A DNA stretch of 61,953 bases, filler included. It is 12 parts of 12 records of this genome, joined end to end, with 100 filler letters (N's around TTAATTAATTAA, not from the genome) between each part and the next. Parts side by side here need not be neighbours in the genome. Positions count along the whole stretch, not along the records: positions 11,251 to 14,746 come from SRR7504441_63944; positions 14,847 to 17,895 come from SRR7504441_63946; positions 17,996 to 25,344 come from SRR7504441_63955; 9 more parts are not named here. The stretch is one strand, 5' to 3'. Numbering within the stretch: the first letter of the stretch is position 1; every line of letters starts with the position of its first letter. Shown here piece by piece: positions 12,284 through 22,903 of the stretch. Position numbers and translations under genes: made by a program. A model generated the notes under the pieces. That model made no database searches. It saw only the letters and a list, made by a program, of their open reading frames with translations, and was not told the DNA's origin.

Positions 12284-14746
12284 TCAAAACTCAACGCCAT
12301 ACTTGGCCAAAGTCGCCGCGTACTCCGACTCATTGTACTTGGAATCGCTATCTGGTGCATCCTTGTTCCCATCATCACGCATAGCTGTTTCGCGTGTCCC
12401 GGGCTTGTTTAGTGAACAAGGGGCTGTTGGCATGCTCAGATTTAAACTCCCAATGCCGTGTTGAGGCAAAGAACTTGCATGACTAGTACCACGCGGCTGA
12501 CCACCTGGCCGGTTCATTCGTGGATCGCGATTAGCAGGCACCAAAGCGTGCCTCAGGCTCGGGCTGATGAAACTGCCAATGGCGCTCACATCAGTGCCTC
12601 TGGGGGCAGGTGGGGGCATGCTGGAAATAGGCAGCTTGCACCGCTGAGAAAGGGACGGTTTAGTTTCTATCTCAGCACTTGGTGCGCTTGGATCACTCTG
12701 AGAGCCGTTGGGGCCAAGAGCAATAATTTTGAACGAGTACTTTGAGCCTGGTTCGAGTCCAGAGACGGCGTGACAGGTAGCGCTGCTCTCAGAGTTTTGA
12801 CACTGTAACTGGAACGCTGACTCGTTTGAGCTGGATTTGCGCATCAGAATCTTATAACCTACTATCGGCTGCCCGCCTGCTGACGGCGGCTCCCAGGACA
12901 GGAACAGCTGAGTCTCGCCTTGCTGTGCCCCAGGCATCAACCGCGGGGCCGAAGGGCGCCTAGGTGGCGAGCTATCAGCGGTAAGCTCAGACGGGTCAAG
13001 CTTGGATGTGGGATGGAGCCGTTGCTTCGGTCGCTTCTGGAGTTGTGAGTTGACCTGTACGGTTCTTCGCGCCATCTGTGGCGGATTGGAGCTCTGCTTG
13101 ACCTCGAGTCTGGGTTTCTTGCTGCCCACGAGCGTTTTGTTCCTCTGGGACGAGCTGAGTGCATGCCGCGGAGCCGGGTCATTCGCGTCATCGTGCGAGT
13201 CTACAGGCAATGTCCGCTTGGCCGGGCGCTGCTTGCTGGCCGGAGCGGAGGGCGGCAGGAGAATGCACCGCCCGGCAGGGAGACTAGTGTGCAGTGTCAC
13301 GCTTAGAAACCGGTTGGCCTCAAGCAGCTGTTGACGGTCGAGCCCGAGGTTGTCAGCGATCTGCGCGAGCGTTTCGAGTCGGGGCAGCTTGTAAGCCTTT
13401 TGCTGTTCGCCTACGGACTGCGGAGCGGCTGGTCTCTGGGGCTCGCTTGCCTGCGAGATGGCTGCGACGGCTGGTTCGCGTGGCTTGCTCACAGGTTGCG
13501 ATGGTTGGACTGGAAGACTGCTGCGTTGCTTTCGGAACTGTATGAGCGCCGCACAGGTGCCCTGGCTGTTCTCGAGATTGCCAGCTGGCTCCCAGCTGGG
13601 CGTGCTGTAGCCCTCCCAGGCGACAAGGTACTCTAGCGAGCCACCGGGTGTTTGCCGCTGATCGTGAACGCTCTGCACAATGTACTCTTCCAGAGCAGCT
13701 GCTGGACAGCTCTGCGCCTCAGCAACGGCACTGCTGCTGCGGTGACTCTTGAGCATGGGCAGCCCGAGGTCATCGAGGCGCTGCTTGCGCTCGCGCGGCG
13801 CAGCTGCAGCACAGCTCAGAGCGGGGCCTGCCGAGGCACACACCATCTGCAGGCTTCGGGGCTCTGGTCTGGCTCGACTTGGCTGTGCGTTGCGGGGCTC
13901 TGGCGCCTCCGAGTCGTGCCTGTCCCAAAGGTTAACACTTTAGCGCCGGGCTGCGGCGGCTGCCTGGACCAGCGCAATGTTCCGTTCAGCTTCTTTTGCG
14001 GCCGCCTTTTCCTCAAGGTACTGCGCGGGTGGCTTGCCCATCCGTTGCTCAAAAGAACGCTCGAACCGCATGGCTTTGAGAACAGTCGCTAGTTTTGTGC
14101 TCTCGGGAGCGAGCCTGTAGTCCTGGCATTTGGCACTCAGCTTAGTCATCCCGTTGCCCCCTCCATACTCGCTGCTGCACAATTCTTTGGCTCTAGCCAT
14201 ATCTTCCTCGGACAGTTGCACATCTAAGAACTCCTTGCTGCTAAAAGCCAGCTCCGCTTCATCGACAGGCTCCTCCTCCCGTTTCAATTCCTCTGCTGGC
14301 GCGCTACCCTTGGCCCGGCTCCGTCGCTGCTTGGCCCGCTTGGGCGGTGCGAGCTCCGCCAACGAGCCCAGAGGATGTTGCGCCCAGTCGCCCGTGGCAA
14401 ACTCCCCGGATTGGCAGCTAGCCTTATGCGTACTCAGTGAGGCCTCGATCGTCTCCAGCTGCGAGATCGCTTCATCCACCAGCCCCGGCGGCCACGACAT
14501 CTTGGATTTGCCCGGAGAATCGCGGTAGGCCTCTATCGCAGCTACACAGCCAGCCCGCGATTCCGCCGTGTTGGGCTTGGCTGCGAAACTCTTGTGGCTG
14601 TACGTCTGTTCGGCCAGATAGACCAGCATCCCGTCCACGTCGGCTGGGTCCTTGTGTCCCACGTTGTGCAGCTGGACAGCCGGCCAGAAGACCCCGTCCG
14701 ATTGCTTGTTCTTGGCCTGGACAACCGGTCAGGCCAGGCCGTTCGC
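12284..14746 (-). CDS. Chromodomain + LysM + fibronectin type III protein (5' end near or beyond contig edge)
   Basis: Chromo EEYIVQSV...LEYLVAWEGYSTPSWEPAGNL, LysM ETLAQIADNLGLDRQQLLEAN, FN3 LSWEPPSAGGQPIVGY...GLEPGSKYSFKIIA. ORF 13940-14662 joins ORF 12284-13846 via a GC-AG and a GT-AG intron. Confidence 0.75.
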
Positions 14747-14854
14747 NNNNNNNNNNNNNNNNNNNNNNNNNNNNNNNNNNNNNNNNNNNNTTAATTAATT
14801 AANNNNNNNNNNNNNNNNNNNNNNNNNNNNNNNNNNNNNNNNNNNNTTGAGGGA

Positions 14855-15448
14855 TTGGTTCGACACCCTCCTTATCAGCTGACGAATGCAACGAATAACT
14901 TGCGGAGAACAAACGGACTACCGCCGACTACTGATAATGTACAAAAGCTGAACCTTATTAAGGAAGCAGAGGCAAACGTAACTGAACGGAAACGCGCAGT
15001 AGCAAAAGCAGAGGCAAACCAAAAGGCCGCGGAAGCGCGTGAAGTCCTCTCAAGAACCCAATTTGTGTATTCTGCTGCCACCGAACTGACAGCACTGTTG
15101 AACGCTAAACGGTTGCAGACCAAGTCGAGCTTTTATGAAGCGTACTTATCCAACGAACAGGTCGATTCAGAAGGAGTGAAGTCGTATCCTTATTTCGAAG
15201 GCCTTAAACCCAAACTTGATACCCATCAGAATTTACGTAATTTGCGTGAATTGCTGGATCGTTACGAAAAGGAGTGCAAGGAACCTCTAGATATTCAGAA
15301 ACCATCTCATGATGCAGGGCATTGCCACAGAACAGAATCACCCGTTTGGCTCCGCCTCGCAGCCTGCGCAGCTCTGCCGGCTTGCACGCAACAGGGCTGT
15401 AAAACACGCAGCAGGTGTCCAGCTTGTCTCGAATGCATAGCCCAGTGA
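14855..15448 (+). CDS. Hypothetical protein fragment (coiled-coil-like, lower GC)
   Basis: Open frame running from the contig edge; no family recognised. Confidence 0.3.
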   Translation: MVRHPPYQLTNATNNLRRTNGLPPTTDNVQKLNLIKEAEANVTERKRAVAKAEANQKAAEAREVLSRTQFVYSAATELTALLNAKRLQTKSSFYEAYLSNEQVDSEGVKSYPYFEGLKPKLDTHQNLRNLRELLDRYEKECKEPLDIQKPSHDAGHCHRTESPVWLRLAACAALPACTQQGCKTRSRCPACLECIAQ

Positions 15449-15502
15449 GGTTTCCGGTAGGTCTGGGCTCGCCAGCTTTGTGATATACCGATTCCATTAG
15501 GG

Positions 15503-15967
15503 TCACACCCGACGCGAGGAGCTGCCCGCCCTCATGAGGAGATCCGCCCATTCATATGTTACCCGTAGCCGTGTGGCCGCCGCCATCCGTTCCCTGTCGG
15601 CTGGCGTCGGTGAAGGAAGATGCGGCATGACGACCACGTAAAACAGCCAGCCAAACGCCTGGGCGAAGCCCCGGCCGAACAGCGGAGCCCGGTAGATCAC
15701 GGCCTGGCAGTCGAGGATGAAGCACATCCAGTTGCCCATCAAGAAGCTCAGGCTATAGTCCGAGCGGCCAGATGCCGCGAGCAGCGCGGCGGTGAGCAGT
15801 GCGAGGACACCGCTGCCGCACCGAATGTGAGTGAGTGGGCAGCGCGGCCACCTGCTCAGCGCGTACACAATCAGCAGAGCCAAACAGACCGGTGCGGCCA
15901 GCGGGAGCAGCACGATGCCCAACGCACCGAACGGGCGGCCCTTGCCGCGCAGGTGCCTGTCGCCCAT
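15503..15967 (-). CDS. Hypothetical small membrane protein
   Basis: ATG at 15967, several hydrophobic segments, and an in-frame 39-nt GT-AG intron matching the genome pattern. 3' end uncertain. Confidence 0.5.
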   Translation of the reverse strand: MGDRHLRGKGRPFGALGIVLLPLAAPVCLALLIVYALSRWPRCPLTHIRCGSGVLALLTAALLAASGRSDYSLSFLMGNWMCFILDCQAVIYRAPLFGRGFAQAFGWLFYVVVMPHLPSPTPADRERMAAATRLRVTYEWADLLMRAGSSSRRV

Positions 15968-16000
15968 CCTCAACCGCTCATTCCGTTGCCGGAGCCAGGG

Positions 16001-17895
16001 GTGCGATCACGTGCTCGCGAGGGCAAAGGCCCCAAGTTCTACGCGGTGCAGCGTGGCCGGCGGCCGGGGGTGTACGCCAGCTGGTCAGAGTGCGAGGCCC
16101 AGGTGAACGGCTTTCCGGGCGCTGTGCACAAGAGCTTCCCCACCCAGGCCGCTGCCGACGCCTTCGCCGCCCCGCCAGCTGACGCCCCAACAGTCGCCGC
16201 ACCGCCGGCAGCAGCGCCGCCGCGCCGGCTGCCCTTTGGCTGGGGCGCGGTACACCCGCAGCCCAGTCGGCGGCAGCCCAGCCCGGTCCGGAGCCCTGCT
16301 GCGACCCCTACCAGCCCGGCCGCCCGCCGGCTCCCGGCTAGTTGGGCCGCGCGCAGCCCGGGGCGCTCTCCGGGGCTGGCCGACACGCCCGAGCCACCGG
16401 AGGAGGAGCGAGTGGAGGTGGGGGATAGTCTGGAGGAGCTGACGGCCGGGGCCGAGCCGCCAGTCCCGGACACAGTGCGTGGACAGTTCCCGGAGAGGCT
16501 TCGTCGGGGGCTGATGCCGTTCCAGCGGCGGGGGGTGCAGTGGATGCTCCAGCACGGCGGCCGGGGGCTGATAGGGGACGACATGGGGCTGGGCAAGACC
16601 ATCCAGGCGATTGCGGTGTGCTGCCTGCTAAGGGACGACTGGCCGGTGCTGGTTGTGGTGCCCAACTGTATGCGGCTGGTCTGGGCCGACGAGCTAGAGA
16701 AGTGGGTCCCCGACCTGCCCCCGGGCGCGGTGAGTGTCCCGATGCACGGGCGGGACACTGGCTCGTTCACAGACCCGGGCGTGAGTTTCGTGGTTGTGAG
16801 CTATGGCCTGCTCACAAAGAGCACGCCAGTGGCCCAGGCGGCCCAGGCTGCCAAGTTCCAGGTGGTGGTGGCCGACGAGTCCCATTACATTAAGAACCGC
16901 CAGGCCCAGAGGACCAGGGCGGTGCTTGGATTGCTCGCAGCAGCCAGTCGCCGGGTGCTACTCACTGGCACGCCCGCGCTGGGCCGACCGTGCGAGCTGT
17001 TCACTCAAGTGGACGCGATATCCCCAGGGCTGCTCGGCTCCTGGAACGCGTACACCACCCAGTTCTGTGCGGCCTACCAGGCGGCGTGGGGTTGGGACGT
17101 GTCCGGGGCTTCAAATCTGCCGCAGCTGCACGGCCTGTTGAAGAAGGTGATGATCCGGAGGAAGAAGAGCCAGGTTCTCTCTCAGCTCCCGGCCAAGCGC
17201 CGGCAGCTGATCAATCTCGAGCTCACTCCCGGCCAACTGGACGAGCTTTGCCAGATTCGGTGCGCCGGGTGCGGAGCTCAGGCTGACGGTGGGCAGCACG
17301 AGGCTGGATGAGTGTGCTGATGACCAGCCGGCCGAAAAGTTTGCTGTGTTCAGCGAGTACCATACCGCCTCGTCCAAGGCCAAGCTGGGGCCGGTGGGCG
17401 AGTACGTGGCCGGGCTGATCGCCGGGCTGCCGCCGCGTGGTAAGATCATCCTGTTTGGACACCACCTCGTCATGCTCGACTGCCTGGCCCAGGCGGCCAC
17501 CAAGGCCAAGGTGACTCTCAAACGAGCTTACCACCTCACAGCCGGCAGGTCGGGTTCATCCGAATCGATGGCAGCACTGCGGCCGAGGCCCGCCGCGACA
17601 ACGTGGAGCGGTTCCAGTCCGACCCTTCGGTGAAGGTGGCTGTGCTCTCCATCCTGGCGGCTGGGGTCGGGATAACTCTCACTGCGGCCTCGCTGGTGGT
17701 CTTCGGCGAGATGCACTGGACCCCAGGCGTGCTCGAGCAGGCCGAGGACCGGGCGCACCGGATAGGGCAGCAGAGCGCGGTGCAGGTGCAGTACCTGTGT
17801 GCGCCGGGCTCGATTGACGACTTGATATGGCCCACGTTGAGCAAGAAGGTCACTGTGCTCTCGCAGGCGCTCGACGGGATGGACGAGTGGTACGG
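16001..17895 (+). CDS. SMARCAL1/ZRANB3-like SNF2 translocase with N-terminal RNase H1 hybrid-binding (caulimovirus viroplasmin-like) domain; 3' truncated, start unresolved
   Basis: KFYAVQRGRRPGVYASWSECEAQVNGFPGAVHKSF is in one uninterrupted frame with LMPFQ, GDDMGLGKTIQA, VADESHYIK, LTGTPAL and MIRRKKSQVLSQLPAKRRQ. After two introns come KIILFGHH, RIDGST and EQAEDRAHRIGQ. Confidence 0.88.
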
Positions 17896-18335
17896 NNNNN
17901 NNNNNNNNNNNNNNNNNNNNNNNNNNNNNNNNNNNNNNNTTAATTAATTAANNNNNNNNNNNNNNNNNNNNNNNNNNNNNNNNNNNNNNNNNNNNAATGG
18001 CATTTGTTTGGTTCGCGCAGCGCTGACGGAGTCCTCTGGGCAAGGCGACGTGAGTATCAACAAATTCATCGAGGCCGTGTCGAGTCATCAGCACGGCATC
18101 GAGAGGATCGAGTCGACGCTCAACCAGTTGTTGGTCAACCATCCGAACCTGCTGGCAACCCCGCAAACAAATGCCATTACGCCTAAAAATGGCAAGAAGA
18201 AGCCCATGAGCACTGTGTAAATCAAGAGCTTGTGAACCATCACCTGTGTTGCACTCTTAGCTGCACCTTTAAAATCTAATCCAAAGCACGGGCGGGTTAC
18301 CATTTCCATGGTACTCAAAAACGGCGAGGAAGCCG

Positions 18336-18923
18336 ATGGACCTGCTCTCGATTTCTAAAAGAGGGAGCCACGGACTGCAAGAAATGGAGAGGAAAGCCAA
18401 TACTATCATCACTCAGGCGAATAAGGATACCACCGGCAAAATGCTGAGAGCTGCAGGGCGCGCGCTCGAGGCAGTTCTAAAGCAGCGCGAGCACGAAGCC
18501 ACCCAGTTTAAGAAGATCGAACAGGCATCGAACGAGCGGGACAAGAAGCGGTACTCAAAGAAGCTTTACCGGAAGTGGTCAAACGAAAAGGCGGCAACAG
18601 AAGGGATCCAGAGTGCGGATATGCTTGTCAATGCAAAGGAGAAAACAGCCAAGGATAACGCTAAGGAGATCAAATTTAAGGCACAGTCCGACCAGGAATC
18701 TGAGGCGACCGCAGACACAGATGCAGTGATCGCAAAGGAAACAGCGAACTTCGAGAAAGAGGAAGCCGTTGCTGCTGCGAGTAAAGCAGCTGGAGTTTTC
18801 GATGTGGACAGAGACCATGCCGAAAAAATGAAGCAGAATCCGGGACGACCTGTGTTCCATCTCAAGAATAAGAACGCAGAGCCAAGCGACGATGAAGGAG
18901 ATAAAGATCCAGCTGCGCTTTAG
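18336..18923 (+). CDS. Hypothetical charged helical protein (intronless)
   Basis: 195-aa Lys/Glu/Ala-rich ORF followed by AT-rich sequence. Confidence 0.4.
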   Translation: MDLLSISKRGSHGLQEMERKANTIITQANKDTTGKMLRAAGRALEAVLKQREHEATQFKKIEQASNERDKKRYSKKLYRKWSNEKAATEGIQSADMLVNAKEKTAKDNAKEIKFKAQSDQESEATADTDAVIAKETANFEKEEAVAAASKAAGVFDVDRDHAEKMKQNPGRPVFHLKNKNAEPSDDEGDKDPAAL

Positions 18924-19079
18924 GAAATCTAAAGGGCGATACAACATTGTATGATGTAATTTCCTAATTTATTTCTATTCAAATAAAGGATTCTAGCGAA
19001 TTCAGTAAGGCAAATGTTACTAGAGCTCTGTACCTATACTTGTACATTGCGAGAAAGCATAACATAGCATTATGTTTTA

Positions 19080-21509
19080 TTAATCATAGAGCGATGTGCG
19101 CTTACTAGCCTCAAGCTCAAACCTCTCTGGCTTCACGACAAGTAGTGTGATGATTGCAATAGCAGCATATGGTAAAAACAGCATCCACTTGAGAAGCTTG
19201 TAGAAGTGTACGTTGAATGATAGAGCATAGGAGTCTTCAAATACCTGACCGTGCTCGTTTCGCATGTTTACAACGACCATGCCAGAGCCACGGTACTCGG
19301 GGCTTGGTACCACTTCTGTATAAATGCCAGGCTTCGTGTACATCTTGGTCAGCAGTAACACAGACCCACCGATTGAAATTGTCACATTGTAGCTCCCATG
19401 ATACGAGGCCGCCATCGCCGCTGGGCGGCGGTCATGGATTTCGAACTGGACGACAAAAGAGCTCCCATGCACGTCTCGGTGAGTTCTCGAGCCTGCCAGG
19501 ACAAAGATGCTCTGCCATAGCTTGCTTGTGTGCATGGATGCGCCAAGCCCAACCGACGACCAACCGATCGTCGGGTGGAAGCGCCGCGACGTGCCAAACG
19601 CATACAGGTTGCCTGCCATGGTGCCGACGACAAGATCCAGCTGCCCATCGCCAGTGACATCCCCCGCAAGTACCATGCCATATGCCGATTCGCCAATGTC
19701 GACTCTATGCATACAAGATCCCTTGCCATCGATTACGTAGATGCCACCGTCAAAGCTCGGCACGACCAACTGCATCACACCACCGCCGCTGCTCCCATGC
19801 GGAGGCGGCTTGATCTGAGTCAGGAGAACTGGGGCAATCAGCTTGCCCTCAGTCTTAACTGGAAATCCCTCCAGCGGCTCGCCGGTCTTACCATGCAGTG
19901 CCCACACATGGCCGGCAGTGGTCGCTACTACGACATCAAGCACCCCATCCCCATTCACGTCGCCGATCGTGGCCCCCTGTGATGCAAATCCAGATATCCG
20001 ACGCGTCCAGTGCTGTCTGCCTGAGCCAGCAAAACAGACAACATTCCCTGAGGCATCTGCTGCTATCAGGTCGAGTGCACCATCTGCAGTGACATCCTCC
20101 ACCGCCACGGACCCCTGGATCTCGCCGATCTGAAGAGGAAACCCGGAGTGTGTCTTGCCATCCTCATCCAGCACGTATATGAAACCTACAGAGGTGCCCA
20201 CCACCACATCAAGCCTGCCGTCACCGTCAACGTCAGCAGCAGTTGGAGTAGTATAGATGTAGGCTCTAAGCATTGTTGTGTCAGTAGTCAGGTCCAGATG
20301 CTGGCTCCACTTGACAGTCTTGGTGTCCAATTGAAACACCACCACGCCCCCTGCCACATACTTGGATACCTGCACGTCTGGTGGAATCGGCGCACGAGTC
20401 CCGTCGTCCCCTAGCTCTTCCCTATCAAAATAGTAGCTCACCGACACGATCAGCTCCGGCCGGCCGTCATTGTCCAAGTCCGCAATCGTTGGAGTGGCCA
20501 TGATGTGTCCGTCCACCAGCACGTGCTCATCATCGTCCTCGCCACGTGCATGCAGCTTGGCCAAGTGCTCCAAGTACTCTGGCGCTCTGAGCGGGTCCAT
20601 CTGCTGCTGTGCAGCGGTCTCGTGCTCCAGCTCACTCAACTGCGCCTCGGGCGGCCGGAGCAGGTCGAGCGAGGCCATCCCAGCCTTGGTGAGGGTACCA
20701 CCCCACGCGCCCTGTACCGGGCCTTGCTTCTTTGGGTCGATCTTCACGTAGTCTTCACGCTGTGCCTGCACGCTCAGCAACCGGCGTGTGGTGTGCTCCT
20801 CGTCCAGGCCCACGTACCACTTCTTCCTCACCACCAGGGGCGGCACCTGCCTCTGCAGTCACACCCAACCCGCGTGCCTGCACCTTGAGAGTCCACCCGA
20901 CCAGCGGTATGCCTGTCTCTCGCAAGAACACGATCTCGCCGTCGTTTGTGGCCACGACTACTTCGCGCACCCCATCTCGGTCGACGTCGTACAGCAGCGG
21001 GGAGGCGTGGAACGAGGACTTGCTGAATGTGAACGGCCAGCCAGCGGCGGTGTGCCCATTCTCGCCCTCAGTGACCTCGATGTAGCTGGCACACCGGGTC
21101 AGAACCGCTCACCCCTGGGCCCGACCGAGTAAAGCTGGCGCTCAGCACCTCGGCCGATCCGTCGGCGTGCAGGTCCGCGATCACCGGCGTCGAGTAGAGG
21201 CCGGACCCAGCCTGCCGCCGGCTGGCCGCCAGTCTGACTCGGCCGGACCTCGGACATCCAGCGGAGCCGGAGGTCCATCTCGCAGCCAGCGGAGCCGTTT
21301 CCGTGCCGAGCCCCGAAGATCACCTGGTCCGGCTCGGACGCGGCCGCGGGCGGCGGGCGCACGTCCTCGATGGCGAGCGGACTGCTCTCGCGGTACGGAT
21401 TGGGGTCCAGGTCGGCGTCCTTGGCCACCGGGTTGGACAGCTGGCCTGCCGCAGGGCCGACGGCTAGCACAACCAGCAGGCCCGATAGAAGCTGGCCGTG
21501 GCGGTGCAT
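19080..21509 (-). CDS. DEX1: DEX1-like FG-GAP/VCBS repeat beta-propeller type I membrane protein
   Basis: Signal peptide MHRHGQLLSGLLVVLAV, repeated DxxGDGxLD motifs, VDGHIMATPTIADL, VSVSYYFD, KYVAGGVVVF, RAYIYTTPT, and C-terminal TM HFYKLLKWMLFLP. Short introns in the 5' part. Confidence 0.85.
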
Positions 21510-21810
21510 TGGGCTCCCACTCGGCCGCACTGCCTGCCTTGGCTCGGCTGACAACTCGCGTGTTCTCGCGTGTTTTCTTTGAGCCGTCCGTGGCGTGGAT
21601 CAGAGCAAGATTCATGATTGTATACAGTACAGCTGCTACTCGTACGAGTATACCGGTATATTATCGATGTCTATACAAACGCGTAATGATGCCTGTAGGG
21701 CTGTATATGCGTGCTTAAATGCTCCCACCTCATCAATCTGCATCCTATAGGTAGGCATCATGACTTGTATAATTAAACAATGATTGATGTGTCTGAGCAT
21801 GTTGCACGCG

Positions 21811-22708
21811 CTACACTTGGCTCTCAATGACGCGAGCCTCCTCCGCAGTCGGCCCATCCGCAGCCCCGATGGCGATCGCGGGCTTCTCGAGGATCACCTG
21901 TGGCTCACAAGATCGTTCCTCCCGGGCGAGCGGGCTCACCGTCGAGGCTTGCAGGCTGGCTGGGATGGCCGGCCGCAGGTCCGGGGCATGCCCGCGCAAG
22001 ATGGCCAACTCAACGAAATTATTGCACTGGCCATCCCGCTTGTACGGGTTAGCTCGGGCCTGTAGCAGCAGCTGGCATATCTGGCCGGAACCATTGGCCG
22101 CCGCGCGGTGCAGCACGAGCCCCTTGCACTTATTGGGGTCTGCCTTGCTCTCGAGCAGCAGACCCACCAGCTCCGAACTCTTGGCCCGCACCGCCAGCTC
22201 GAGCGCCCGCCCGGCTTGTAGCGGGCTCGGCTTGGCCGCCTGGCGCATCAGCAGCGCCAGCAACCCGACGTCCCCGCTCTGTACCGCCAAGTCAATCGCG
22301 CTCCGTCGCCCAGCCCCGTCGGCGCACACGCAGTTCGGGTCGGCCTGGGCCTCGAGCAACGGCCGGATCAGCCAACGACAGTCGGCCTGCCCGCAATCGG
22401 CCGGCGGTCGGCCGTGCGCTCGCCTGGATTGCTAGCCCCATCGACGTCATCCCACTGGTGTCCGCCCGGTTGGGATCGGCCCCGCGCCGGAGGAGCGCCA
22501 GGCAGGTCCGCAGGCACGGCAGTCGGACTGCGGCGTGCAGCAGCGTGTCTTCCGCCGAGCAGCGCGCCGCGGAGGTCTCCGCCGGAGATAACGTCTCGAT
22601 CCGGCCGAGCCAGGCCTCGGGCCGATAGCCGGCCGGGGCGCACAGGGCGGCGTAAAGCTGCTCGGCCCAATCCGGGCTCGACCGCGGCGAGCACAGGCTT
22701 GCGCCCAT
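21811..22708 (-). CDS. Ankyrin repeat protein
   Basis: TLLHAAV...LLRRGADPN, LLESKADPN and VLHRAAANG...LLQARANP across two ORF segments. Confidence 0.75.
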
Positions 22709-22903
22709 GTCGGGTGCCGTGCGAGTTCATTCGCCAGGAGCACGTGATGTGTGCTCGACGGGAGTTCGGCTTCCCGCCAAATTTTTGTTGCCAGTGCTCG
22801 CACGCGGGGCACGGGCGCACGGTGCGTCCCTCGCCGCTCAGAGTACCAGTCCGGGGGTTGGCGAGCAAATCAGCCGGACGGGCAGCGGGGCACTGAGCGG
22901 ACG

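Noticed and set aside
15620-16000. N-terminal ~127 aa of ORF 15620..17311 as part of the helicase
   Set aside because: It reads like the antisense shadow of the minus-strand membrane gene, so it was not accepted without transcript evidence.
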